From contig NIVC01003095.1 of the NCBI GenBank assembly GCA_002269645.1, forward strand, positions 1-64,000: a DNA stretch of 64,000 nt. The letters run 5' to 3'. Source of the stretch: Macrostomum lignano (taxonomy: Eukaryota). The notes beneath the pieces were generated by a model. The model ran no database searches, was not told where the DNA came from, and worked only from the letters and a program-made list of their open reading frames with translations. Every line of letters starts with the position of its first letter. Position 1 is the stretch's first letter. Of this stretch, positions 25,801-38,828 are shown piece after piece. The position numbers and the translations under genes were made by a program.

Positions 25801-28800
25801 TGGGAGAGGCACACAAGGGAGAGAAAGGGGAGAGGCACACAAGGGAGAGAAGAAGATAGACACACACGGCAGAGAGCAAGGGAGGGTGAGACAAAGGATA
25901 CTACAGTCCCAATGGTTTAATCTGCCAGCCTCACCTGGTCAGCATCCGATCCAGCAGGGGGCCTCCGCAGAATTTCCTCACCAGGGGATTATCGTCGAAT
26001 TTCATTTCGTATTTCCTCAGCCTCATCAGCTGCAGCCGTTGGTAGTCGGAGAAGCTGAGCCAGTCAGGCAGCCGCAGGCCCATCCCAAGCCACATCTCTG
26101 CGGCGCTGCCCAGAGTCCAGGCATCTGACAAACTGAACGACTGCTTGCCCGTTGCCGAGGCTAAACGCTTGAGAAAGTCGCGAGCTCGATTCTCCTCGGC
26201 TCGATAAGCTGCGCCGGTTGTGGTGGCTTTAATGAGCTGATCTCGAACTGGGCAGGTGTAGCTGGAATCATTTGATGAAGACATTAGCGAATCTCAGAGT
26301 GAGACTTTAGAGCGAATCTCAGAGTGAGACTTTAGAGCGAATCTCAGAGTGAGACTTTAGAGCGAATCTCAGAGTGAGACTTTAGAGCGAATCTCAGAGT
26401 GAGACTTTAGAGCAAATCTAAGGGTGGGTGAGATTCTGAGGCGAATCTCAGGATGGGTGAGATTCTGAGGCGAATCTCAGGATGGGTGAGATTCTGAGGC
26501 GAATCTCAGGGTGGGTGAGATTCTGAGGCGAATCTCAGGGTGGGTGAGATTCTAGGCCGAATCCCAGGGTGAGATTCTAGGGCGAATCTCAGGGTGGGTG
26601 AGATTCTGAGGCGAATCTCAGGGTGGGTGAGATTCTAGGCCGAATCCCAGGGTGAGATTCTAGGGCGAATCTCTGGGTGAGATTCTAGGCCGAATCCCAG
26701 GGTGAGATTCTGGGGCGAATCTCTGGGTGAGATTCTGGGGCGTATTTCAGGGTGAGATTTTAGAGCTAATTTAATGGGTGAGATTTTGGGGTAAATATCA
26801 GGGTGAGATTCTAGGGCGAATCTCTGGGTGAGATTTTAGAGCTAATCTCATGGTGAGATTTTAGAGCTAATCTCATGGTGAGATTTTAGAGCTAATCTCA
26901 TGGTGAGATTTTAGAGCTAATCTCAGAGTGAGATTTTAGGGCGAATCTCAGGGTGAGATTCTAGGGCGAATCTCAGGGTGAGATTCTAGGGCGAATCTCA
27001 GGTTTGGGTGAGGTTCCTGAGGCAAATCTCAGGGTGGAGAATTCGATAATTAATCACTCAGAAGAAGTTCACAATTCACAAATCGAATGAGAAAATTTAA
27101 AATTGCAATAGACAGACTCTAGGGACCTTTTAACGGAATCCTCTTTTGACAAAAATCAAAGCATTTACAAAGCATAACGTCTCTCTATCTGTGTGCTCAA
27201 ACTAACTGAATATAGCTCGCAAACAGAATGGCAAATTTTAGAGGCTATTTTAGCAAAGCCTCTTTAATGAATTCCGACTGCGCAACGTTCAAAGGAGTGC
27301 ATCTAAAAAAATCAATGCAATTTTTCTCAATCAGTGTTGTAAAAGTACGAACAGTGAATATTCTGTAGAGATGTCAAATGAAAATAATTGTTTTAAACAC
27401 AGAAACTAAAGTAAGATTCCTTAATCATGATCCATCACTCTCAACAACCATCTGGCACTCTCACCTATCATCTGGCACTCTCAAAAATCATCTGGCACTC
27501 TCAACAACCATCTGGCACTCTCACCTATCATCTGGCACTCTCACCTATCATCTGGCACTCTCACCTATCATCTGGCACTCTCACCTATCATCTGGCACTC
27601 ACCTATCATCTGGCACTCTCACCTAGCATCTGGCACTCTCAACAACCAGCTGGCACTCTGAAAAATCATCTGGCACTCTCAACAATCTTCTGGCACTCTC
27701 AAAAATCTTCTGGCACTCTCAACAATCTTCTGGCACTCTCAAAAATCTTCTGGCACTCTCAACAATCTTCTGGCACTCTCAAAAATCTTCTGGCACTCTC
27801 AACAATCTTCTGGCACTCTCAACAATCTTCTGGCACTCTCAACAATCTTCTGGCACTCTCAACAATCTTCTGGCACTCTCAATAATCATCTGGCACTCTT
27901 AATAATCATCTGGCACTTTTAATAATCATCTGGCACTTTTAATAATCATCTGGCACTCTCAATAATCATCTGGCACTCTCAACAATCATCTGGCACTCTC
28001 AATAATCATCTGGCACTCTCAACAATCATCTGGCACTCTCAATAATCATCTGGCACTCTTAATAATCATCTGGCACTTTTAATAATCATCTGGCACTCTC
28101 AATAATCATCTGGCACTCTCAACAATCATCTGGCACTCTCAATAATCATCTGGCACTCTTAATAATCATCTGGCACTTTTAATAATCATCTGGCACTCTC
28201 AACAATCATCTGGCACTCTCAATAATCATCTGGCACTCTTAATAATCATCTGGCACTTTTAATATTCATCTGGCACTCTCAATAATCATCTGGCACTCTC
28301 AACAATCATCTGGCACTCTCAATAATCATCTGGCACTCTCAACAATCATCTGGCACTCTCAATAATCATCTGGCACTCTTAATAATCATCTGGCACTTTT
28401 AATAATCATCTGGCACTCTCAATAATCATCTGGCACTCTCAACAATCATCTGGCACTCTCAATAATCATCTGGCACTCTTAATAATCATCTGGCACTTTT
28501 AATAATCATCTGGCCCTCTCAATAATCATCTGACACTCTCAACAATCATCTGGCACTCTCAATAATCATCTGGCACTCTTAATAATCATCTGGCACTTTT
28601 AATAATCATCTGGCACTCTCAATAATCATCTGGCACTCTCAACAATCATCTGGCACTCTCAATAATCATCTGGCACTCTTAATAATCATCTGGCACTTTT
28701 AATAATCATCTGGCACTCTCAACAATCATCTGGCACTCTCAATAATCATCTGGCACTCTTAATAATCATCTGGCACTTTTAATAATCATCTGGCACTCTC

Positions 28801-30314
28801 AATAATCATCTGGAACTCTCAACAACCAGCTGGCACTCTCAATAATCATCTGGCACTCTCAACAATCATCTGGCACTCTCAACAATCATCTGGCACTCTC
28901 AATAATCATCTGGCACTCTCAAAAACCATCTGGCACTCCCTACAAACACCCTACGACAAAAATGCAATGATTCAAATCCAAATATGTAATAAGCGACATG
29001 TAGCATAGAATATTACTTACCCAGTAGGCTTTAAAACATCGCTCTTTTTTGGGCCGGAGTGGATCGGTATGGGAGTCCCGGCGGAGGCAACGGAGCTTCC
29101 GTTACGGCTTAGATTAGTGCCTGGCGACTGGTTGCGAAACAGACCTAATAAAAATGCCTGACAGGAAGCCAGCGTGCGATCTGTGTCCGTGCTGTAGGCC
29201 CACATCTGTAATTGGGGATTTTTTCAGCACTTGAGGATGATTAGGGACTTATTTTAGGATTTGACATATAGATTGCAGAGCAACTGCAGAGAATCCGGGA
29301 GGCTGTCTCAGCATCTGAGGATCTGGGAGGCTGGCCCAGCAACTGAGGATCGGGGATGCTGGCTCAGCAACTGAGGATCTGGGAGGCTGGCCCAGCAACT
29401 GAGGATCGGGGATGCTGGCTCAGCAACTGAGGATCTGGGAGGCTGCCCAGCAACTGAGGATCTGGGAGGCTGGCTCAGCAACTGAAGATCTGGGAGGCTG
29501 GCTGCCCAGCAACTGAGGATCTGGGAGGCTGGCTCAGCAACTGAGGAACTGGGAGGCTGGCTCAGCAACTGAGGATCTGGGAGGCTGGCTGCCCAGCAAC
29601 TGAGGATCTGGGAGGCTGGCTGCCCAGCAACTGAGGATCTGGGAGGCTGGCTCAGCAACTGAGGATCGGGGAGGCTGGCCCAGCAACTGAGGATCTGGGA
29701 GGCTGGCTGCCCAGCAACTGAGGATCTGGGAGGCTGGCTGCCCAGCAACTGAGGATCTGGGAGGCTGGCTCAGCAACTGAGGATCGGGGAGGCTGGCCCA
29801 GCAACTGAGGATCGGGGATGCTGGCTCAGCAACTGAGAATCTGGGAGGCTGGCTGCCCAGCAACTGGGGATCTGGGAGGCTGGCTGCCCAGCAACTGAGG
29901 ATCTGGGAGGCTGGCTGCCCAGCAACTAAGCATCCAGGTAGATGCCAGCTCAGAGGATGCACATTACAGACACCAGAGCCCCCCACTCACCACATTGGGG
30001 TCATAGCGCTCGGGCAGCACCCTTTGTTCAGCATAGTAGGTCCGAACAAAGTGACCCAAATCCCGCATTTGCTTGGCCCCTGCCGGAGTGAGCTGGCCCA
30101 GAGTCGCATTGTACCTGCCAGCGTACGGGTCATTCGGGGGCATGCGAATTGGATTTCTGATGCCGTGACGAAATACCAGCTGCAATTGTACCAGACTGGT
30201 GGCCCGAACTGGGCAGGGAATTTCTGCTACTAAAAGAAGAAGAAGCAAAGTGGACAGTAGCACAGATTGCTGACTCAATGAAAAGGACTGACGTTCTGTA
30301 GCTGTCATGGACAT
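22875..30314 (-). CDS. Histidine acid phosphatase A (ACP2/ACPP-like, type I membrane); exons 30314-29991, 29205-29021, 26261-25935, 23526-22875
   Basis: Signal peptide, RHGIRNP, STDTDRT, YSAHDST, TM helix, YKPL tail; GT-AG junctions with consistent phases 0,2,2. Confidence 0.92.
23540..24265. repeat. 32-bp minisatellite, same family as 19900-20695, in phosphatase A intron 3
   Basis: Read directly. Confidence 0.92.
24645..25855. repeat. 25-26-bp purine-rich minisatellite (GGGAGAGGCACACAAGGGAGAGAAT)
   Basis: Read directly; source of six spurious ORFs. Confidence 0.95.
26288..27035. repeat. Composite 24-28-bp GTGAGATT/GAATCTC repeats
   Basis: Read directly. Confidence 0.88.
27440..28935. repeat. 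20-bp minisatellite (AATAATCATCTGGCACTCTC)n
   Basis: Read directly. Confidence 0.96.
29310..29935. repeat. 28-32-bp repeat (GGGAGGCTGGCTCAGCAACTGAGGATCT)
   Basis: Read directly; phosphatase A intron 1. Confidence 0.93.
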
Positions 30315-30539
30315 GATGCGGCGCTCATAAAAAATCAATTATCAAAATTTCATCCGTTGATTTTTTATCAACAAAGGTTGAGCTATCGTTTGTCTTTTAA
30401 CTCTATAGTAGAAGCCTAGTACTCAAGCGGTACCTAACAATGTGACTGGTGTACGTAAATGTGTTCAATAGGTAATGGCCGGAGTGATATATAAAGAGAA
30501 ATTTGGGGGAGATGGAGATGCAGAGCGAGAAATACAGGA

Positions 30540-30911
30540 GAGGAAGATAAAGATGAGAGGATGAGAGAGATGAGAGAGGGGGATAAGAGAGGGGGAGATG
30601 AGAGAGAGGGTGAGAGAGAGGGTGAGAGAGAGGGAGATGAGAGAGAGAGATGAGAGAGGGGGAGATAAGAGAGGGGGAGATGAGAGAGAGGGTGAGAGAG
30701 AGGGAGATGAGAGAGAGAGATGAGAGAGGGGGGTGATGAGAGAGAGGGAGATGAGAGAGAGGGAGATGAGAGAGAGGGAGATGAGAGAGAGAGAGGGAGA
30801 TGAGAGAGAGGGAGATGAGAGAGAGAGAGGGAGATGAGAGAGAGGGAGATGAGAGAGAGGGAGATGAGAGAGAGAGAGGGAGATGAGAGAGAGGGAGATG
30901 AGAGAGAGGGA

Positions 30912-30988
<77 letters not shown>

Positions 30989-31430
30989 TGAGAGAGAGGG
31001 AGATGAGAGAGGGGGAGATGAGAGAGAGGGAGATGAGAGAGAGGGAGATGAGAGAGAGAGGGAGATGAGAGAGAGGGAGATGAGAGAGAGGGAGATGAGA
31101 GAGAGGGAGATAAGAGATGGGGAGATGAGAGAGAGAGAGAGAGGGAGATGAGAGAGAGGGTGAGAGAGAGGGAGATAAGAGATGGGGAGATGAGAGAGAG
31201 GGTGAGAGAGAGGGAGATAAGAGATGGGGAGATGAGAGAGAGGGTGAGAGAGAGGGAGATAAGAGATGGGGAGATGAGAGAGAGAGAGAGAGGGAGATGA
31301 GAGAGAGGGAGATGAGAGAGAGGGAGATGAGAGAGAGAGGGAGATGAGAGAGGGGGAGATGAGAGAGAGGGAGATGAGAGAGAGGAAGATGAGAGAGAGG
31401 GAGATGAGAGAGAGGGAGATGAGGACAGAG
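30540..31430. repeat. GA-rich low-complexity tract including pure (GA)n
   Basis: Read directly. Confidence 0.95.
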
Positions 31431-31979
31431 GTATAGTGAGCTTGAGAAGAGAACGGTAGAAGGGGGCATATCGAGAGTGAGATGACAAGAGAGACAGAGA
31501 GGCAGTGGACCAGATTGGCTGTGCTAAATTGTCAAAATAGGATAAAAAATAGAAACGAAATGAAAAGAATTGTCAGTCATCACCCAAGCATCAAATATAA
31601 TATGCGGCGCGCTGTGCTTATATAAGTACATACAATGATACGAAAATTAATCTATACTTTCTAGGAATTAGATATACCTGACTAATCATCGGGGTAAATC
31701 TTATAATTAATCTAATTAAAGAGACAGACAAAACAACTTTAAGAAAAACAATTTATTGCATCTAAATGCGTGCATAACTACTAATAGTAAAACTACTTAG
31801 AAAAATGAATGATATAAAGAAAGCATTTCAAAATTCATTTTGTTAAAGTTAGCACTATTTTATTGTATTTTAAACAATAAACTTGGAGGCGGAATTGACC
31901 TAGATTACGGGGTCAGCAAAGTCCCTGGCATTAGGGCCCATTGAAACTTTACAATAGGAATCCGAGGTTTGTGTCCCTT

Positions 31980-32118
31980 CTTAGCTCTCTTGTCTCCTCT
32001 CTCCTCGTTCGCTTCTTCTGTCCTTTCCTCTTGCCTCTTCTCTTCTCTCCTCTCCCCCCTCTCTTCTCTCCCCTCTCTTCTCTCCTCTCTTCTCTCCTCC
32101 CCTTCTCTTCTCTTCTCT

Positions 32119-32167
<49 letters not shown>

Positions 32168-32310
32168 CCCTCTCTCCTCTCCCCTCTTCTTTATCCTCTT
32201 CTCTTTCCCCTATTTTCTACTCACTCTACTCTTCTATCATCAATGTCCTCTCTCCCCCTTTTCTCACCTCTCTTCTCATCTCTCTCATCTACCGTCCAAT
32301 CTCTTCTTTC
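31980..32310. repeat. CT-rich low-complexity tract
   Basis: Read directly. Confidence 0.85.
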
Positions 32311-32818
32311 TTTGTATTTTCTGTCTAGCCTTCATCATCTTTTAATTTTACATCACAATCCTCATTCTCTCTACTCTCCTCCACTCAGCCATGAACTGAT
32401 GAAGATTCTTTATCTGACTTTTCAAGGTAGCAGTTTTGCCGACCCGGGCAGCATATCATACAGAAGTGACTGATTGCCAAATCACTAACTGATACAACTG
32501 GAGCTCAGGAAAAAATCCCAATTATAAAAAGGAGTATACAGTTTCACTGTTGAGGATTTTTCAAGGCGCAAGGAATACTAAAGTATTATAATTTACCTTA
32601 CCTAGCATAATTTCATACAAAAATACGATATCGGAATTTCACAAAATAACAAAACCTGGAATTTAAGCATAGGTGAAGCCAAACAAACAAACATATTTAA
32701 CAAAGAATCCCTCTGATCCTTGGTGGTTGGCCTCTCATGGGTTGTGAATCGCACGAAATGCCCCAAAAGTCCATATAGAGGATTCCAATAGAGTCTAGCT
32801 GTAGACAGTCAATATAGA

Positions 32819-35465
32819 CTAGCAATCCTTCGTCTTACTAATATGATTAGCAAACATATTACTATCACACTCCAATCTCAGCTGTCGCTCTTTATTCCAC
32901 AGCCAACAGGTGATTACGAGAGCAATAGCTAGACAAAGAATCAATCCAAAAAGTACAATGAAAATCGCATTAGAACTACTATCAGTAGTAACAGTAGTTT
33001 TAGAAACGCTACTATCAGTAGCTAATTCGCACATCGATTCGCCTGAATCAGAGTGAGCACCGCGCTTGCGCATCTGCTTAGCTAACTGGCTTAGTAGGCA
33101 GGGTTTCTGACAGAATGGTATCAGCATTGGCAGTGGCGGATCAGCTGACAAACTACTATTAGTAGTAGTAGTAGCATTCCGATAGAACAGCCGCACTTCT
33201 CCATCGCTGTACAGCTCTAGCATAGCGCAGGCAGCCAATGGAGGTTGGAGATTGTTGAAGACGCCAAAGGCGCTTAAAAATGCCGAGACGGTGCTGTCGT
33301 GTGCGGAGTACACTTGCAGAATCTGGGGAGGGGTAGAATGCGGTAGGAAAATCCGCATTACAGATGGGATCAACATCGATTACAAAATCCCCAAAAAGCG
33401 ATTTTAAATATTTGGGGAAGATTTTCCAACATGGGGATTTTAAATCAGAGTTGGGATTTTTTGAATATTTGAGGGAGACTTACAAATAAGGAGATAATGA
33501 AATCAAAACTAGGATTTTAAATGGTTGGGAAGAGAGAATTTCTATTGATAGGATCATAAATCAGAATTGAAATTTTAAGTATTTGGGGGAGAATTTTCGT
33601 TATTGCGATCATATTTAAGAACTGGGATTTTAAATATTTGGGGAAGATTTTCCAATATGGGGATTTTAAATCAGAGTTGGGATTTTTTGAATATTTGAGG
33701 GAGACTTACAAATAAGGAGATAATGAAATCAAAACTAGGATTTTAAATGGTTGGGGAGGGAGAATTCTATTGATAGGATCATAAATCAGAAATTAAGTTT
33801 TAATATTTGGGGGAGAATTTCCGTTCATGGGATCATATTTAAGAATTGGGATTTTAAATATTTGGGGAAGAATTGCCAACAAGTGGATTATAAACCATAA
33901 ATGAGATTTGTAAATTTTGGGGAGAATTCCCAATAAAGGGATTTAAAAAATTGAGATTTTTTAATATTTGTGGAAAATCATCAATAACGGGATCATAAAT
34001 CAGAATTGGGATTTGAACCAGAATTTGTGAATTTGAAATATTTTGGGGGAGAATTCCTAATAAGAGAATTATAAAGTATATCTGGGATACACATAAAATC
34101 AGGATTGGGATTTTAAACATTTTGGGAAGAATTCTCAAAAAATGGACTATAAAAAGGATTTAAGATTTTAAATATTGTGTTTTAGAATTCCTAATGACAA
34201 ATAACAAGGAAAGGGAAAAATTCCCTAAAAACAATCCCCACCGCACCTTATTGCTTCTCCCAGCCAGACGAGCTTCCATATCCCCAATCAGCCGAGCCAT
34301 CAGGGCTCCAATCCTGCTGCCGTACAATTTAGGTTCCGAGAATTTCCAAGCAAATTTCAGATGTCGCAGCTCTTCTAACCCGGCTATGACGTCACGATCC
34401 ACCCAGTCGGGCAGCTTCAACCCTAGGGAGCGCCACACTGCTATGGGGTCGGCGATTTTCCACAGTTCAGAGATGCCCAGAGGCTCGCCTTGGCGCCACC
34501 CAGTCCCGACTCGAGCGCGCTCGGACAGCCAGGTGAATCGCCGGCCAGCGGACGCGTACGGACCATCGGGGCGCAGTTTGAATTCGCGCCAGTGCCGAGT
34601 GTAGGCTGGGCAGGGGGAGCTCATCTTGAGCAGCTGGTCTGTGGGCTTCGGTACCGTGTGGATCTGTGGCGGGTTGAGGGGGGGCAACTGGTGAGTGAGA
34701 GGGACAGGTGGACAGAGACAGCAGACACAAAGACATAGCAGACACAAAGACATAGCAGACACAAAGACATAGCAGACACACACAAAGACACAGCAGACAC
34801 ACACAAAGACACAGCAGACACACACAGACACAGCAGACACACACAAAGACACAGCAGACACACACAAAGACACAGCAGACACAGCAGACACAAAAATCCA
34901 CAGAAGACACAGCAGACACAAAGACACAGCAGACACAAAGATCCACAGCAGACACAAACACACAGCAGACAGAAACACAAAGACAGCGGACACAGACAGC
35001 ACACAGACATACCGGCACAGGATAGCAGGCGGGCAGCTGGGCAGCGCCATCAACAGCCGCAGAGCACTGCTCAGGAAACAGGCCAGCCAGATTGGCCTGA
35101 GCACTCATGATAGTCCTATCCGTGTCTGTGCTGCGCACGTGCATCCGGGTGACATTGAATCGCCTTGGCAACAAGCTCCAGTACCTCCTACGCAGATATT
35201 TGCCCAGCTCAAAGTGCTGCCTGACGCCCTCTTCCAGAAGCTGCTCACTGCCGTACGGTCTAAAAAGCTGCTTGTAAGGATCCAAAGGAAACGTGTGCAC
35301 TGGGGTTCGCTCCCCGTGACGATACAGCAGAGTCACCTGGAGCAGGGAGGGTGCCGACTGCGAGACAGACTCCTCCTTGCTTGCTTGAGCTGCGGCCGAT
35401 GTGCGACAAATCTCTACTAGAAGAAGAAATTGGCACAACAGCAGCAACAATACTGACCGAAGCAT
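32819..35465 (-). CDS. Histidine acid phosphatase B (ACP2/ACPP-like, type I membrane); exons 35465-35013, 34663-34247, 33322-32819
   Basis: Signal peptide, RHGERTP, VRSTDTDRTIMSAQANLAGLF, YSAHDST, TM helix; two phase-0 GT-AG introns (VP|IHT, SNK|ILQ). Confidence 0.93.
33400..34180. repeat. AT-rich degenerate repeat with an about 240-bp direct duplication
   Basis: TTTTAAATATTTGGGGAAGATTTTCCAA...GAGATAATGAAATCAAAACTAGG occurs twice (about 33400 and 33645). Confidence 0.8.
34700..35010. repeat. CAGCAGACACA-type repeat filling phosphatase B intron 1
   Basis: Read directly. Confidence 0.9.
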
Positions 35466-35619
35466 GCCTGTCTGTTGGAGATGGCATGCAACACAGTAAG
35501 CGATTGCATGGAAATATTGAAATACACAATTTATTAAACAATTATTTGTCAACATCAGAGTGAATCACTTTTATGATGGTTCTATGCTCTTATTGTGGAA
35601 GACTGGGCAGAGGGCACCG

Positions 35620-36180
35620 GAGAGGGTAGAGAGTAGAGGAGGGTACAGAGGGTAAGTTGAGAGGGTACAGAGGGCAGGGAGAGGGTACAGCGGGCAGGGA
35701 GAGGGTACAGAGGGCAGGGAGAGGGTACAGAGGGCAGGGAGAGGGTACAGAGGGTAGTTAGAGGGTACAGAGGGCAGGGAGAGGGTACAGAGGGCAGGGA
35801 GAGGGTACAGAGGGCAGGGAGAGGGTACAGAGGGTAGTTAGAGGGTACAGAGGGCAGGGAGAGGGTACAGAGGGCAGGGAGAGGGTACAGAGGGCAGGGA
35901 GAGGGTACAGAGGGCAGGGAGAGGGTACAGAGGGCAGGGAGAGGGTACAGAGGGCAGGGAGAGGGTACAGAGGGTAGGGAGAGGGTACAGAGGGTAGGGA
36001 GAGGGTACAGAGGGTAGTTAGAGGGTACAGAGGGCAGGGAGACGGTACAGAGGGTTGGGAGAGGGTACAGCGGGCAGGGAGAGGATACAGAGGGTAGTTA
36101 GAGGGTACAGAGGGCAGGGAGAGGGTACAGAGGGCAGGGAGAGGGTACAGAGGGAAGGGAGACGATACAGAGGGCAGGGA
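35620..36180. repeat. 20-bp minisatellite (GAGGGTACAGAGGGCAGGGA)n
   Basis: Read directly. Confidence 0.95.
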
Positions 36181-37099
36181 AAGAGAGGGGTATCCAATTA
36201 TACATTGAAGAAAAACAAAGAACAAATGATGCACAAAAAACGGAAAAAATGTAGACTTTACAAACAACTGAGAATTGAAGAACAAAGCTTGAAATTCTTG
36301 ACAATTTGTTTTTATATTACTTATAGTAATAGTTAACAAAAACAGCTGCGAATTGACACGTTAATGAAATTTAGTCACACTGTACACAATATCGTCACTG
36401 AGTGATATTTGGTTAATTTATCAAACAGTAATTAGAAATATATTACAGTTAGGAGATACAACAACATTTTTAATCTACTACTGTATAAAGTAAGTAAAGC
36501 TTAATGGGATACGGTATGAATCGGACAATTTAGTGGAATTCTGCTTGCTGTTAGCTGCATGGGTGGCTGGGTTCAAGTTTGAAAGCACCTTATTAATTTC
36601 GGTTTAATAATTACACAGAGAAACGAAATTATTAATAGTAATGAGAGTTCAATAATGAGTCATGGGTGTCATCTAGTTAAATGTCGGATAGTCAAAAATT
36701 GTGCGTCATATTTTTATAGTATTACTATAAGTAGCAAGTGCAGAATCAATGAATATATTTAAATCAATAGAATCAAAATTAACATATTGCACTAAAACTA
36801 TAGTTATTAGTTTAAAAAATGTTTAAAGACGAAAAAACAAATTAGAATCTTTTGTGCAAAGAAAACTCAAGAAAGCGAAAACAGAAAAATCAAGAATTGA
36901 AAAAAAGCTATCGATAAACAAAGCAAGGTTCTATAATAAATAATAAAAGAAAAGTAACTTTGAATATACGCTTGAATACAATATGCACAACATTAAAGTT
37001 TTTAATATACTACTAAACAATGCTAACTCCATAACGAATTTAGTAACTTGTAGTTTCAGAAACCAAGTTTGATAAAAGATTGTAGGGTAGAGAGTTTAA

Positions 37100-37710
37100 A
37101 TTGCCCTGGGCAGAGGGGGGAAGGGATTGCTGGGGGAGTGTACATTGCCCTGGACAGAGGGGGTAAGGGACTGTTGGGGGAGAAAGCCAGTGTACATTGC
37201 CCTGGGCAGAGGGGGGAAGGGACTGCTGGGGGAGAGAGCCAGTGTACATTGCCTTGGGCAGAGGGGGGAAGGGACTGTTGGGGGAGAGAGCCAGTGTACA
37301 TTGCCCTGGGCAGAGGGGGGGAAGGGACTGCTGGGGGAGAGAGCCAGTGTACATTGTCCTGGGCAGAGAGGGGAAGGGACTGCTGGGGGAGAGAGCCATT
37401 GTACATTGTCCTGGGCAGAGAGGGGAAGGGACTGCTGGGGGAGAGAGCCAGTGTACATTGTCCTGGGCAGAGAGGGGAAGGGACTGCTGGGGGAGAGAGC
37501 CAGTGTACATTGACCTGGGCAGGGGGGGAAGGGACTTCTAGGGGAGAGAGCGAGTGTACATTGCCCTAGGCAGAGGAGGGAAGGGACTGCTAGGGGAGAG
37601 AGCGAGTGTACTTTGCCCTGGGCAGAGGGGGTAAGGGACTGCTGGGGGGAGAGAGCCAGTGTACATTGACCTGGGCAGAGGGGGTAAGGAATTGCTATGG
37701 GAGAGAGAAA
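37100..37710. repeat. About 52-bp tandem repeat (CAGTGTACATTGCCCTGGGCAGAGGGGGGAAGGGACTGCTGGGGGAGAGAGC)
   Basis: Read directly. Confidence 0.92.
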
Positions 37711-38234
37711 GGGGCAGGAAAATGGGTTGAATTGTAGCCTATAAATAAGCAATAAAACTATACTGACCGTCGGGCTTTAATAGCGCATTTTATTTGTTCA
37801 TCGTTTAGCAAAATCCAGCAGGATAAAGATAAAGGCTTGCTCAAAAAGCTATTGTAATCGCGATAAATAATGACTTTAATTATACAGGTACAATGTTTAT
37901 TAACCAGTATATTCCTACTGGCACATGGAGAGGTGATTATTTAATACACACATAATGATGATAATATATACTCAGATAAAAAAAATAACACCGTTAAAAA
38001 GCACTAACGTTACGAACACGCCAAAAATTTTTGTCAAGAAAGTACTTAACTTACTAATCATATACCTGCGGCCATCTACTACTCGCTAGTCATTTCTAAT
38101 AGTATTCAGTAGATAAAAAACTAAAAAACCACTTGAGAAAACAGTTTTCTTTGCTTATTAGTGGCTAAATATATTAGCGTCAAGCTTTATATAACCAAGA
38201 CACACTAGTCGCACAAAACTTCTAGCAAGTAGTA

Positions 38235-38742
38235 TCAGACGAATTTACTATTAGCACACAACCGACGTCGTTTCATTGGATGCGACGGTTCCTGCGGCGG
38301 CAGTCGGCCAATCAAATAGTCGACAATCCGACGCTCGGGCGGGATGAATCTGTCCAGCTGGCAGGCGCGCAGGATGTCGCTGGCGCGGTGCACGCCAGAC
38401 CAGAATGCGCCGTGGGTGCACTGGTACGCTTCCGATAGGGAGACTGTGGCTTCACCAGCAAAATGGACTCTGGGAGAAGCTGGCGACGAGCCAGGATTAG
38501 CAGACGGAGCCGGCAGGGGGCTGGAGTACACTGAACGGTCAGCTTCGCTGCAGCCGAGCTCGCCGGAGGTGTACGAGCCCAGCGTCCACGGGTCCTCGGA
38601 CCAGCGCGTGACCAAACTGAAGATCTGAGGATGTGGTTTTTTGGTGACATGCAGATGAGCGCAGGCAGATATTCAGACAGAAAACAGGAAGACAGGTCAG
38701 ACAGACAATTACTGTTTGGAATTCAGAGAAGACTACACAGAC

Positions 38743-38828
<86 letters not shown>

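Noticed and set aside
31908-32448. hAT-like IR (CGGGGTCAGCAAA / TTTGCCGACCCGG) around the CT-rich tract
   Set aside because: Only 11/13 match, non-canonical termini, no 8-bp TSD.
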